Assembly: GCA_963712115.1 (NCBI GenBank)
Contig: CAVQGX010000014.1
Coordinates: 22,878-86,877, forward strand
Origin: an uncultured delta proteobacterium
GTDB lineage: Bacteria; Desulfobacterota; Syntrophobacteria; BM002
DNA: 64,000 bases
Reading direction: 5' to 3'
Under the pieces are notes generated by a model. That model was not told the origin of the DNA and did no database searches. It saw only the letters and a list, made by a program, of their open reading frames with translations. This document shows positions 11,537 to 22,438 of this stretch, in pieces. Position numbers and translations under genes: made by a program. The stretch's first letter is position 1. Each line of letters begins with the position of its first letter.

Positions 11537-11786
11537 ATAGCGTAGCCTCCTTTTTCCTGGCGCGTCTCACGGAAATGATTCGGATTGCCTTGCCACGCCA
11601 AGTAAATACCGCTGTCCAGAGCTTCTTTTGGATCTTTCCTATGAGAATGCCTCTGTTCTCAAGTGGATACGGCGGGTGGATTTCCACTCGACTATCATCC
11701 TTCCACAATTGTTTGGCGGTATCAAAATCGATACCATGCTTTATCTTGTTTGTGCGACTCTTGTCTTCGTCCCACTCGAATTCCAT
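11514..11786 (-). CDS. brnT: BrnT family toxin
   Basis: FEWDEDKSRTNKIKHGIDF...IRIISVRRA signature. Confidence 0.9.
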   Translation of the reverse strand: MEFEWDEDKSRTNKIKHGIDFDTAKQLWKDDSRVEIHPPYPLENRGILIGKIQKKLWTAVFTWRGKAIRIISVRRARKKEATLYGEKEIG

Positions 11787-12356
11787 GATGTCACTTTACT
11801 TTATTTGTACAAAAAAGCAACATATTTTGTATATATGTTCAAAAAACAACGCTTTCGTCGGTCCGAGTTACAGTGTTGAGATTAAGGGAACAGGGATCGG
11901 CGGGGAGAGGGAAGTCGGAGGTCAGTTTCACCAGGCACTAAGCAGTAAGCACTAGGCGCTCCCGCTGACGTGGTTGGAGGCAAGAATTCAGAGGTCTGAG
12001 GGCAGAGGTCGGAGGTCGGAGGACAGACTTCAGCCGGCAGCGGGCAGCAGGATGACGCGGTGAAGGGGAGAGACGGAGACGCGGCGTTGGGAGTCATTAG
12101 GCTTCGCCGTCATTAGGTCACTACGCTACGCTGTCATTTATTGTAAGAGGTAGAGGGTCAGAAGATTGCGAATTGAAGGAAGGTGTCAGGTGTCGGGTGT
12201 CAGGAGGCAGAAGGCAGAGAGTTGGAGGTTGGAGGAGCGGCCGAAGAATTTCGGAATGCGGATTGCGGATTGCGGATTTAAAAGCAAGGAGTCAGGAGAC
12301 AGAGGTTGGTCGTTTAAACCGTTGAAGTCGTTGAAATCGTTAAGGTCGTAGACTGG

Positions 12357-12572
12357 CTAAATGGCATCTCTGGAAAGCTTGTAGTTAACAGGCAACAGTC
12401 GGTCTAGATTGACATGCTTGGAGGCGTCAAGTATTTCGATGCCTATGATTTTATCTCCGTCACCGATGTCTAACACCACATCCTCAGACAGGCGCCTGTT
12501 AATAACTTCCTGCTTTCTGTCATCCAATCGGATATAAAGAAGGTCGGTTTTATCATTATATGAAACGTGCAT
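12357..12572 (-). CDS. DUF2283 family protein
   Basis: MHVSYNDKTDLLYIRL...IIGIEILDAS. Confidence 0.85.
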   Translation of the reverse strand: MHVSYNDKTDLLYIRLDDRKQEVINRRLSEDVVLDIGDGDKIIGIEILDASKHVNLDRLLPVNYKLSRDAI

Positions 12573-12573
12573 T

Positions 12574-12837
12574 TTATGCCTCCCACTTTCCGTAAAACAC
12601 ATAAACCGTAACAGTTACTATCAAATCTTCTTCCTTTACATAAAAGACCTCTACCATTTTCTGTTCATAATTTCTACCATGGCGTTCTTTTCTGAATTTA
12701 TACACTTTAGCTTTCCCAATTCTGCCGCGCTTTGCGGGTATCTCAAAGCCCGTCTCAATTACATCAGTAATTTCCTCCTCACTCGTTCCACGCTCTTCTG
12801 CTGTTTCTAGAGTATGCTGGTCAATTTGGATTCGCAT
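12574..12837 (-). CDS. DUF4258-like protein (putative toxin partner of DUF2283)
   Basis: HTLE.AEERG, C-terminal IVTVTVY; typical pairing with DUF2283. Confidence 0.7.
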   Translation of the reverse strand: MRIQIDQHTLETAEERGTSEEEITDVIETGFEIPAKRGRIGKAKVYKFRKERHGRNYEQKMVEVFYVKEEDLIVTVTVYVFYGKWEA

Positions 12838-13160
12838 CTAACCTCCTCAGCACAACTTTACTATCAGATAAACCCAATAATAGCAATGATAGCAGAGGAC
12901 AGAAGAGAATTTCGAATTTCGCCCGCCCGCCTCGCCTGAGCGAGCAGGCTCGCGATGGCGGGCAGGGATTGCGAATTTGCCTTAAGACTTAAGGCTTACG
13001 GCGTAAGGCGAAAGGGAATGAGTCAGGAGAAAAGCAATCAAAATAGAGTTTTTCTCAACTACTGGCTACCGGATTCTATGAATTTGTCTTGGGCCGTGCG
13101 CCTTGTGCCTTTTGCCGGATAAGAAGCGACCTGAGCAACTTTAATTTAGACGGGTAGTTC

Positions 13161-14530
13161 ATGGACAAGCGGTTTGAAAACAACGGAACCAGCATGCGGC
13201 TTTCGGCCCATGTTCTCGAGGATGTCTGTAAGAAGATGATCAGGATGATCCTCTTCTGTCTCCCAGATACGTTCAGAGGGACGATTTACTCTGTAGGACC
13301 TATTCCCGACCTCCGAACGATCCGTATTGCGAGTGGACGCAGAAATGGACAAACAGACGAGATCATCTGGGGTTTCGCAAATCCGTCAGATTATGATTAC
13401 CCCGGTAAAGGATGGGAAGACTACCGCGATCGTCCAGGTGGTATTTTGGAAGCGATGGCCTGGTGTGTGGAAACACAGAAAAGCTGGACGGCGGACGACC
13501 CGGAGAACAACATCAGATGCGTGCGAAAACAACTGGAGGGCAAGGCCAGCGAAGACTACCACCACATGGAACCTGTGCTAGTTAAGAAAGCAGATCTTTG
13601 GGATGAAATGCCACCCTCCGGCTCGTTTCCTGTGGACAGCTCAGGAAAACCGCTCTGGGTGGATAGCCCTTACGCAACCGTGGCAGTTATTAAAATACAT
13701 TTCCTGCCGGGAACAATAAAACAGGGTGACAGGTCCACGAGAGTTATAAAAGAATTGTCTCATTCATTGGGAACCCAGATGCTTTCCCTGCACGCCAGGG
13801 AAGTTGCTCTGGAAAAAGGAGAGAGACTTATAGAAGAAAGAAAGGAAACCTGCGACATACTTGCCCATGAATTCAGGAACCTGGTGCCAAGGATGGGATT
13901 TGCCTACCGTGCTATTAATAATGAGATCTCTTACTTGCGTGAAATGTGGGAGAACTTGCTTCATGAGCACTGCCCTGAGCAGTCAAGCAAAAAGGTGATT
14001 TTGGGTCAATTAGTATAGCATTTTGCTTGATTTGGAAGAAAGACCATGATGATTCAAACTTATTAAATGAAATTGGTAGATTATCACGCTATCAAAAGCA
14101 ATTGATGGAATCTTGTCTTTTGCCTCATCAAAATGAGTCGTGGTTGCGTAACAAGATAAGGCCCTTATGGCAGGTGATTCTTTCCAAGACCGACTTAAAC
14201 TCGGATGTGAAAAGCCAAGTCGAGGAACTCCTGGAAGATTTAAGAAAGTCGTTTCATCTGGGGCTGGACAAGGAACTTAGAGATAAAATTGACGCTATCC
14301 CCGAAGAATTAAAGGAGAAATGGGTTGAGTTGGCTTACCGGGAGCTGAATGGAAGAAATAATGTAATGCTCAGGGAATACATACAGCTGCTCGACAATGT
14401 AGATTTAGACTTGCCGCGTAAGAGGCACTGTGTGAAGAATTTGGTTTACTTGAAATCGTTGGTGGAATTGATACCGGAGGTGGAGGAGAAGCTAAATCAC
14501 CGACTGGAGCAGTTGAAAAACTCGAAGTGA
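13161..14530 (+). CDS. Hypothetical protein with HisKA-like H-box; split by frameshift(s) near 14010-14040
   Basis: Two abutting ORFs (13161..14018, 14027..14530); CDILAHEFRNL motif; no HATPase motifs seen. Confidence 0.6.
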
Positions 14531-14640
14531 CCGAGTTTTTTAGGCACGGGTCGCCTTACAGAATTCCACGGATCTAAAGGCTTTTATCTCTCACAGAGAG
14601 CGCAGAGATCTCAGAGGATAACCCCTCAGTAGATACAAGA

Positions 14641-14778
14641 GGATCGCCAAGAGTCCAACGGTGACCCTACAGAGAGGGAAAATAAGCGAGCTTGTTTTCC
14701 TCTCTGTAGGGACCCCCTAGTGTCTCGATGGCTCCCCATCGTGACACCCGCCTGTCGGCGGAAACCCTTGAGCGATCC
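14641..14778. repeat. Branched-hairpin element copy 2 (orientation A); right-end fragment also at 14894-14923
   Basis: GGATCGC...GCGATCC ends; long stem CCCTACAGAGAGG..AAGCGAGCTT..CCTCTCTGTAGGG; CGATG/CATCG and CCGC/GCGG hairpins. Confidence 0.85.
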
Positions 14779-15141
14779 GAACACATCTCCTCATTTGTTT
14801 TCATTTGAGCTCTCGGAGGGCTCGAGCGAGACCGCAGAGCGGGGGAGTGGGCGAGAGATGCTTATCCGTGTAATTCGTCAAACCTGCCATCACGCCCACC
14901 TAGCGGGGTCCTTTAAGCGATCCGTGCATTCACTCAATTTCTCTTGTTTCTCTCATCCTGCATATCCTGTTAATCCTGTCTCATTATGGCCTTTTCGTTC
15001 ATTGCAGATTGGAGTGTAGTGTATGTTTGTCTGCTAACTCCTGCTGTTAAGTCCCCGCTGTTGTCTTCTTTTTACCCATGCCCTATGCCTAATTTGGTTG
15101 ATTTGGGTTAGAAGAATTTTGGAGAGCCCACACGGAGGCCC

Positions 15142-15495
15142 ATGCTAATGACTAATCGTCGTAGGGAACCAAGGTTTACCATGCGGTTTCCGGTGAGACT
15201 CTGCAGGGATCGATTGAACCTGTGGTTTGAGGGCACGAGTGTGAATATGAGCCAGATGGGGGCCTTTATCAGGACAGAAGACTGGAGCTCTTTCCAGGTT
15301 AACGACGAGGCAATCGTCACCTGTTTTCTCCCACCAGATTTTAGCGGACAGGATGAATTCATAGCCTTGCAAGGGGAGGCGACAATTCGGAGGCTTGATC
15401 CAGTGAATAAGTGTGTGGCTGTGGAGTTTGTGAAGAGTTTTAAGCAGTTTGAGAGGTGCGTTGACGAGTCAACGCGCATGGGGAATGGAGCATAG
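15142..15495 (+). CDS. PilZ domain protein
   Basis: RxxxR (RREPR) and NxSxxG (NMSQMG) c-di-GMP motifs. Confidence 0.85.
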   Translation: MLMTNRRREPRFTMRFPVRLCRDRLNLWFEGTSVNMSQMGAFIRTEDWSSFQVNDEAIVTCFLPPDFSGQDEFIALQGEATIRRLDPVNKCVAVEFVKSFKQFERCVDESTRMGNGA

Positions 15496-15721
15496 AGCAT
15501 GGGGTTAAAAACATTACAGGCGCATAATTCAAACTTTTTGGTGGATGAAGGGGGCACAAAACAATGGCAAAATTCAGATTTCAAGATCTACGAATCTGGC
15601 AGTTGGCAATTGAAATAGCTAATGAACTATTTGATATTGCAGATGAGCTCGAAAGGAAAAAATTATACCGGTTTGCTGACCAGCTCAGAGGCTCCGGAAT
15701 GTCTATGTCTAACAATACGCG

Positions 15722-15994
15722 GCCTGTGAAATAAAGAAATGTATTATGTTTACGTTCTAAAATCAGAGCGCGATGGTGGTTTTTACATCGGTTGTTCAAA
15801 AGACCTGAGGCAAAGGGTTGAGAACCATAAAGCAGGAAGGGTGAAGTCGACGCAGAACAGACTCCCCATTGAGTTGGTTTACTATGAAGCGTGCCTGGAC
15901 CGGAGCGATGCCTTTCGCAGAGAGAAGTATTTAAAAACTACTTATGGAAGAAGATACCTGCGAAACCGGCTGAAAGGATATTTCACAGGCTAAA
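15722..15994 (+). mobile_element. IR-bounded GIY-YIG mini-element
   Basis: Perfect 12-bp IR GCCTGTGAAATA (15722-15733) / TATTTCACAGGC (15979-15990) enclosing only the nuclease ORF; splits a host gene. Confidence 0.8.
15739..15993 (+). CDS. GIY-YIG nuclease (UPF0213-like, standalone)
   Basis: YYVYVL...FYIGCSKDLRQRVENH...LVYYEA...AFRREKYLK. Confidence 0.9.
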   Translation: MYYVYVLKSERDGGFYIGCSKDLRQRVENHKAGRVKSTQNRLPIELVYYEACLDRSDAFRREKYLKTTYGRRYLRNRLKGYFTG

Positions 15995-16281
15995 AAGGTT
16001 CAGGATCTTCATCAAAGAAGGAATTCAGACGTTTCCTTAGCATCGCACGAAGGTCAACTTTCGAGAACGCTAATATTGTCATTCTATTGGAGATGAGAAA
16101 GCTTATAACCAGTAATACTTTGGATTCTCTTCTAGATCGGCTCGACAGCCTGTGCCGACAAATTACTAGTTTCCAGAATTCGCTTTGACCTATCAGTCTT
16201 TCCCTATGCTCTATGCCCTCTGCCCTATGCCTCACCTACTGACTACTACATCCAACACCTCGCGCGTCTGAAGTATGGCCT

Positions 16282-17831
16282 ATGTATTTGTCACATTACA
16301 ATTTAGCTGAGAAGCCGTTTCAGATAAGTACTGATCCGAAGTTTCTCTGGCTGGGGGAGAAGCACAGGGAGGCTTTGGCGGTGCTGAAGTACGGCATTAT
16401 CAACAACCAGGGCTTTGTCCTGCTCACCGGTGACGTGGGTACCGGCAAGACCACCCTGATCAATGCCCTGGTAAACAGCCTGGACAAAGACACCATTGTT
16501 GCGGTTGTGTCTGACCCGAAACTAGACAGGCTCGAGTTCTTTAACCTCATTGCCAAGGCTTTCAGATTCAAAAAATCATTCAAAGACAAGTTGGATTTCA
16601 CCATCTATTTCAGCCAGTTTTTGAAAGCTGCATACAGAGCAAACAAAAAAGTGCTGCTGATTATAGACGAAGCACAGAACATTTCTTTGGATTTGCTGGA
16701 AGAGATTCGATTACTATCAAATATAGAGATTCCAGAGAGAAAGCTCTTGAATATATTTTTCGTAGGGCAGAATGAATTCAATAATATCTTAATGCGAAAC
16801 AAGAATGCAGGCCTCTAAGACAGAGAATTACAGTAACCTATAATATTGAACCTCTGACTGAGACCGAAACAGGAGAATACATTACACATCGATTAAAAGT
16901 TGCCGGGGCCACCAGTGAAATATTCACTAAAGGGGCAATTGGAAAAGTATACTCCTTCTCCAAAGGTTACCCACGTCTGATCAACATTATGTGTGATCAT
17001 GCCTTGCTGACTGGTTATGTTAAGGATCTTACGACAATCACACCTAAAACAATTAAGGAATGTACCAAGGAACTCAGACTTCCTGGTGAAATCAAATCCA
17101 GTAAGGCACAAAAAGTAAGACCCAAACAGAGAGAAGGGAAAATATTCGGGAAAAGAGCTATTCTTTATTCTTGCTTGCTCTTCCTTCTGATCCCTCTTTT
17201 TTACCCTCCTGTGTCAACTACACTAAAAGGTTATCTCACCAATGTGATCAATTTCTACGACGAGTTATTTCAGCAGCTTGCCGGTCTGGCACACAGCTAT
17301 AATGCCCAGGAGGTAGGAGTAAAGGAGTATGAGAGAGCAAGTCAAACTACCACTCCGTCGCTGAATCAATTAAGTAATACAGACAGCAAACCATCTTCCG
17401 ATGATATTGTTAAAATAGATAAATCTCCTGGTGACGAATCATCAAATCTAGGTGAACATAGCTTTAATCTAACTGATTGCCAGCTGACAATCCCATTTGG
17501 ATACAATTCAAATGAAGTACCAGAAACTGCTTATGGTCCATTGGACAAATGCGCTTCGATGATGTTGCAGAACCCATCAATTGCCATGATTATCAAGGGC
17601 TACAGTGATGGCGCCGGCCCTTATGCTTACAATAATAAGCTTTCAGAATTTCGCGCAAACATTGTGAAAAGTTATCTTGTCGGCCAAGGGATAAGCCCCA
17701 AGCGAATCAAGACTGTAGGTATGGGGGAGGAGAGTCCCTTGGAGTCCAACACTACGGCAGCGGGGCGGAGAGCCAATAGGAGAGTAGAAGCGGAGGTAGA
17801 GATCAGAGGTCAGAAGTCAGAGGTCAGATGA
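16282..17831 (+). CDS. ExeA-family AAA ATPase with C-terminal OmpA-like domain; frameshift near 16800
   Basis: Walker A GDVGTGKT, IIDEAQ, GQNEF; the shifted frame resumes ECRPLRQRI...YPRLINIMCDHALL; TM segment; OmpA motifs GYSD..G...YN.KLS..RA and RANRRVE. Confidence 0.85.
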
Positions 17832-17880
17832 CAGACTTCAGCTGGCAGCAAAAAGCATATTAACCGCAGACAGGCGAGAG

Positions 17881-18050
17881 TGGGGTACTAAAACCAAATT
17901 CATGCATCCTTCCGATTTACGAAGTCAGTCAGATTGTTCTAAACTAAGAACAGTTCACGTTCCTGCAACCATTCTCCACGAGAGACAATCTTTTGGTTCT
18001 GCGCTGATCCGGTCGGATTTCTCACACAAGTTTTCACTTACCAGTAACGT
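17881..18050 (-). pseudogene. Gene-end remnant, duplicated at about 28687-28850
   Basis: Minus strand reads IVSRGEWLQERELFLV*NNLTDFVNRKDA*; the other copy reads VIVSRGEWLQERELVLVYNNLTDFVNRKDA*. Confidence 0.55.
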
Positions 18051-18183
18051 ACTATGATTCTATGCCGTGGCTGGCCCTATTGGCCTCTGCATTGTCAGGC
18101 AATGTGGGCATTCCCATAAAACCTGCTCTACTTGAGATAATTACCAATGGCTCTCACACCCAATCCTGGGAGGTTTACCTGCG

Positions 18184-18369
18184 ATGACCCATACATGCCC
18201 TCGCTGCAATAGAAAGTTCTCAGAGGATAAACCCCCGATGTTTATCGCCGCTGGTAAAGCAATTTATTTTTTCTGTTGCATTCGATGCCGAGACAAATGG
18301 GTGTACCCCAGTGATTCAAGATTGAATTTGGAGCAGAATCAGTCTGATATTCAACGGGATTTTTCGTGA
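18184..18369 (+). CDS. Small TRASH/YHS-like zinc-binding protein
   Basis: RBS GGAGG; CPRC...YFFCCIRC. Confidence 0.65.
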   Translation: MTHTCPRCNRKFSEDKPPMFIAAGKAIYFFCCIRCRDKWVYPSDSRLNLEQNQSDIQRDFS

Positions 18370-18387
18370 TTCACCGTGGTTGTCTCT

Positions 18388-18649
18388 TAACCCGGATGTT
18401 TCATGAATGGCCTGCTGCGACCGTGGATACGACCGTCCTTCTCTCCGAGCTGTAGGCTCTACGAGCCGGAAGCCTGGAGTCCTCGGGTGTTCCTTCGATA
18501 AGGGAACTTGTCCTGAGCGTAGCGAAGGAGGACAAGCTCACCCTGCGACGTACTGTTCAAGTACGCCTCGGGTCCAACCCCCTGCGGTTTCCCGGTGGCA
18601 CAGTCTTCTCCAGGGTCTCGCGACGGCAATTCATGAAACAGCCGGGTTA
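18388..18649. mobile_element. MITE-like IR element with nested palindromes
   Basis: TAACCCGGATGTTTCATGAAT ... ATTCATGAAACAGCCGGGTTA terminal IR. Confidence 0.7.
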
Positions 18650-18658
18650 GGCGAAATT

Positions 18659-18913
18659 ATGAATCAACGCCTGAGTGACAAATGTGGAGATTGTGTCTGG
18701 TGGTATGAAGGGCCTCTTTTGTGCGAAGGTTGCCCTAACAATCCAGCATCCGAGACAATGAAACTGCATTGTTCACAGTGTGAAAAGAACCTAGTTGTGG
18801 GCGATTCTTGTGAGATAGCCTTCGAAAATGACCGCTTTCACTTGTTCTGTAGCAAGGGGTGCAAAGAAAAGTGGGAGGAACTTAGGACCTCGAAACAGGA
18901 ATGTCCGACCTAA
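18659..18913 (+). CDS. Small Cys-rich protein with TRASH-like C-terminal motif
   Basis: CGDC..CEGC..CSQC..LFCSKGC; the upstream part of the tracked ORF is MITE sequence. Confidence 0.65.
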   Translation: MNQRLSDKCGDCVWWYEGPLLCEGCPNNPASETMKLHCSQCEKNLVVGDSCEIAFENDRFHLFCSKGCKEKWEELRTSKQECPT

Positions 18914-19117
18914 GCACTAGTTCTCTTACTCCCATCTCATGCAAAGGCAGAAAACCGGCACAAAACTTGCTGACTCGATTTATCCGGATACTCACTCTCC
19001 TTTTCAAAACCGAAAACATCCAGTTCAATTTCAGTAGTTTTTTGGCTCAGTAAGGTCGCTTGAGCCTGCTTGAGGACAGAGCTGGGAGCTAACAATTGCA
19101 AGCTTAGTGGTAAGCTT

Positions 19118-19468
19118 ATGGATACATCTATGGTAACCTTTAAGCGACAATGCAACAGATTCAATGGTAATTGGCCTGTTGTTGTCCTGACCGCTCACGG
19201 TGCTCTAGTAGCAGAGACATCCAATATTAGCCCTCAAGGGGCCTATATCGCTTGTGAAAAGCCGCTGCCCTCGAAAACAGAATTGAGACTTTTCATTATG
19301 TTTTCCAACGGCCGCTACGTTGAGATACTCGCCAAGGTGATTTGGTCCTATCCCTACGGATCTACTGTTGACAATAGCCCTTGTGGGATGGGCGTTCAAT
19401 TTACTAGAGTTGCTGATGCGGACCGAGAGTTCATCTCCTCTCTGTCATCGGGGTACCTCAAATTTTAG
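19118..19468 (+). CDS. PilZ domain protein
   Basis: RQCNR, NISPQG, GMGVQF. Confidence 0.8.
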   Translation: MDTSMVTFKRQCNRFNGNWPVVVLTAHGALVAETSNISPQGAYIACEKPLPSKTELRLFIMFSNGRYVEILAKVIWSYPYGSTVDNSPCGMGVQFTRVADADREFISSLSSGYLKF

Positions 19469-19634
19469 TCTGCAAACGATTTACTAGTATCTAATAATCC
19501 CATTACCTCGATCGAATCTCTCCTCCCATGATGCGATGCGCATTAGTTCTTAATCCCTGAGGTTGGCATCGCCGAGCTTGAAGTTCAGATACTTTACCCT
19601 AATATTGCAAATCCAGACCGGCAAAACCCGCTGC

Positions 19635-19683
19635 GCGAGCCCTGTTGAATAAGGTTCCCTTCGGGAAATTCAACAGGGCTCGC
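19635..19683. repeat. Short palindrome resembling the GIY-YIG element ends
   Basis: GCGAGCCCTGTTGAAT...ATTCAACAGGGCTCGC. Confidence 0.6.
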
Positions 19684-19783
19684 TGGTTCAGTTCAAAATA
19701 GGAGTTTTCTTGCATATATTCTCATTCTTTTCGATGTGTTCAATAAACTCTAGGTTGTAATCTGTGAAAGGAGGCAGGATGCC

Positions 19784-20770
19784 ATGAAGAAGGGACTTGT
19801 AGGATTTATTGTTGTTATTTTTCTCGTCATTACCATAGCAAGTGTCGGTTTTGCACAAGATATGGGTATCATTACAGGAGGCCAGAAAGGAACTTATTAT
19901 CAGTTTGGTTTAAATTTGGCAGAACTGGTCAAAAGAAATGGAATTAGCCTTAATGTCTACAATTCAAGCGGTTCGGTAGAAAACGTTTATGCGGTTTACA
20001 GGAAACCCCGCACCCAGTTAGGAATTGTACAGGCGGATGTACTGGCCTTTGTCGCAAAGGTTCAGACCGATCCGGTTTTGAAAAGAATCGCGAAAAAAAT
20101 CAAAATGGTTTTTCCACTTTACAATGAAGAGATACATCTGCTTGGCCGAAGAGAAATAACGGACTTTGATGATTTGGCTGATAAGAGGGTGGCCATTGGG
20201 AAAGAAGGAAGCGGCACCTATCTTACAGTGAGACTCTTATTCGAAATTTCAGATGTAACTCCGCGGGAAATGGTCGCCATTGGAACTGACGACGCCTTGG
20301 TGCAACTGAAGGAAGGAAAGATCGACGCAATGTTCTATGTGGCTGGTTTGCCTGTCAAATTATTTGCAGAAAACGTTTCAGAGGGAGACGGGCTTGGCCT
20401 AATCCCAATTATGAACAAAAGCATTTTGGAATTTTACCCCAGAACCGAGATTCCGGCGAATACATACACCTGGCAAAATGAATCGGTAAGTACCGTTGCA
20501 GTTAAAGCCGTACTTGTTTCGTTCGATTTTAGGAGAAATCATTGTGAAAATGTGGGGAAACTTGCTCGAATTCTTGACGATAATCTGGACTGGCTTAGAG
20601 AGAATGGACATCCAAAATGGAAATTCGTCGAGCTAGATTACCCTCTCAAAGGGTGGGAGCAATACGATTGTGTGAAAAAACATCTTAAGCCATCCCAGCG
20701 GGCTAGCGGGGAAAAAAACCAACTAATCAACCCGGTTTTGGAGGCGATAAAAGAAATGTTCGGTGAGTAG
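19784..20770 (+). CDS. TAXI-family TRAP solute-binding protein
   Basis: Signal peptide, TGGQKGTYY, SSGSVEN, LYNEEIH, GKEGSGT. Confidence 0.88.
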   Translation: MKKGLVGFIVVIFLVITIASVGFAQDMGIITGGQKGTYYQFGLNLAELVKRNGISLNVYNSSGSVENVYAVYRKPRTQLGIVQADVLAFVAKVQTDPVLKRIAKKIKMVFPLYNEEIHLLGRREITDFDDLADKRVAIGKEGSGTYLTVRLLFEISDVTPREMVAIGTDDALVQLKEGKIDAMFYVAGLPVKLFAENVSEGDGLGLIPIMNKSILEFYPRTEIPANTYTWQNESVSTVAVKAVLVSFDFRRNHCENVGKLARILDDNLDWLRENGHPKWKFVELDYPLKGWEQYDCVKKHLKPSQRASGEKNQLINPVLEAIKEMFGE

Positions 20771-20893
20771 AATTCTTTCCGCTTCCCAGATAAGCGGTAA
20801 TAATCTTTAAGCCTACAAATCCGTCATTTCTGTGACGTCGGTCTCTCAGTGTTAGAATATGTCCACTGTCATCCTTTACAGAGATGGGCATAA

Positions 20894-22438
20894 ATGTATC
20901 TTTCTCACTATAATTTAAAAGAGAAACCTTTTCAAATAAGTACAGACCCGAGATTTCTGTGGCTCGGAGAGAAACACAGAGAGGCCTTGGCGGCTCTGAA
21001 ATACGGAATTTTGTATAATGACGGTTACATACTTGTAACAGGGGACGTTGGCACAGGAAAAACCACGCTGGCGAACGCCCTAATTGATAGCCTTTCTAAT
21101 CAAACAGTTTACGCAAAGGTTGCCGATCCTGGTGTTGAAATTCTCGACTTTTTTAGATTCATCAGTGACGCTTACGGTATAGACAAAGATTTTGATAGCA
21201 AAGGCTCCTTCCTTAAACATTTCAATTCTTTTCTCCGTAATTCTTTTTCTGAAGGAAAAAGAGTAGTACTTATCATCGATGAAGCTCAGAGAATAAGTCC
21301 TGAACTTTTAGAAGAATTACGGCACCTATCGAACATTGAAGAGAATGGCACAAGGATTCTGAATCTCGTTTTTGTTGGGCAGAATGAATTTAATGATATT
21401 TTGTTGGAGGATGCAAACAGAGCTCTAAGGCAAAGAATAACTATTAATTACGACATTGCACCCCTGACAGAGGATGAGACCAGAGATTATATTTCGCATC
21501 GCCTCAAGCTAGCTGGATTAGAAAAAAATATTTTTTGCTCAGACGCAATTCACGAAATCTTTCTCTTCTCTGACGGTATCCCCCGTTTAATCAATGTGAT
21601 TTGTGACCTAGCTCTCTTAAGTGGGTATTTGGATAATGCAGATACAGTAGAAGAAGAGATTATTAAAGAATGTGCAGAACAACTTCGTCTACCTAATGAG
21701 AAAACTAAATTGGGTTGGGAAAAGCGAGAGTCTTTACCTGAAATTGAAAAGGAAAACATAGAGGATACAGAAGAGAAAATCGCATCAAAGTTTGTCAGTG
21801 AAAGCAGGACGAAACCTTTGCGCACTAAAATAATCTCAGTTGCGCTTCTTGCTCTCATTTTAATTGTCTTTGGGTATGTTTACTTTTTGTATGAAAATCG
21901 TGTGCCTCAGAACTCAACTACACTTAAGGAATTTAGCGAACAGGCGAAGGAGGAAAGCAGCAGGGATCTGGGTAACAACAATGTTTTCAAATATGACGGT
22001 GCAGCAGCCACACCAGTGACCAAGTCGTCGCTTGCTATTGAAAAACTGGAGCATTTAGAAAGTCAGCTTAAGGATTTAGATTCCTCGTTGGAAAAAAAAG
22101 ATTCGAGCACGCTACAGCAAATTAGTAATCCCAATGTGGTAAATGTTACCAGGATGAAATCTGAAACTATGAATGACAATAGCACTGGAAAGTCGCCGGC
22201 CTCTCTTAAAAAGGACTTTATAGAATTTTTGCGAAAGGAAAGCAGATTCCATGAAATAGAAAAAGGAATAGCAGGGGGGGAAAGCACTAATTTGGCCAGT
22301 GGAGATGAAAAAGCAATTGAGGCCAACAAGGACAGCTCTCGAGATTCGCGACAGGAAAATCCGGAAAAAGAAGCAGAATCACCAGATCCCACAGAAGTAA
22401 TCGACTGGCTTCTTAATGAGCACTCAGGAAGTAAATAG
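20894..22438 (+). CDS. ExeA-family AAA ATPase with TM segment
   Basis: Paralog of the 16282 ORF: MYLSHYNL.EKPFQISTDP, GDVGTGKT, IIDEAQ, GIPRLIN. Confidence 0.88.
   Translation: MYLSHYNLKEKPFQISTDPRFLWLGEKHREALAALKYGILYNDGYILVTGDVGTGKTTLANALIDSLSNQTVYAKVADPGVEILDFFRFISDAYGIDKDFDSKGSFLKHFNSFLRNSFSEGKRVVLIIDEAQRISPELLEELRHLSNIEENGTRILNLVFVGQNEFNDILLEDANRALRQRITINYDIAPLTEDETRDYISHRLKLAGLEKNIFCSDAIHEIFLFSDGIPRLINVICDLALLSGYLDNADTVEEEIIKECAEQLRLPNEKTKLGWEKRESLPEIEKENIEDTEEKIASKFVSESRTKPLRTKIISVALLALILIVFGYVYFLYENRVPQNSTTLKEFSEQAKEESSRDLGNNNVFKYDGAAATPVTKSSLAIEKLEHLESQLKDLDSSLEKKDSSTLQQISNPNVVNVTRMKSETMNDNSTGKSPASLKKDFIEFLRKESRFHEIEKGIAGGESTNLASGDEKAIEANKDSSRDSRQENPEKEAESPDPTEVIDWLLNEHSGSK

Larger units (their letters stand above)
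15564..16188 (+). pseudogene. Four-helix-bundle protein (TIGR02436 / 23S-IVP-like) interrupted by a GIY-YIG element
   Basis: 5' half MAKFRFQDLRIWQLA...DQLRGSGMSMSNN (15564-15716); 3' half GSGSSSKKEFRRFLSIARRSTFE...NSL* (15997-16188); the break falls in the conserved NIAEG motif. Confidence 0.9.

Noticed and set aside
15991-15999. Read-through fusion of GIY-YIG with the in-frame 3' half of the four-helix-bundle gene
   Set aside because: The shared frame has a one-in-three chance; TAA is a strong stop and no recoding signal is visible
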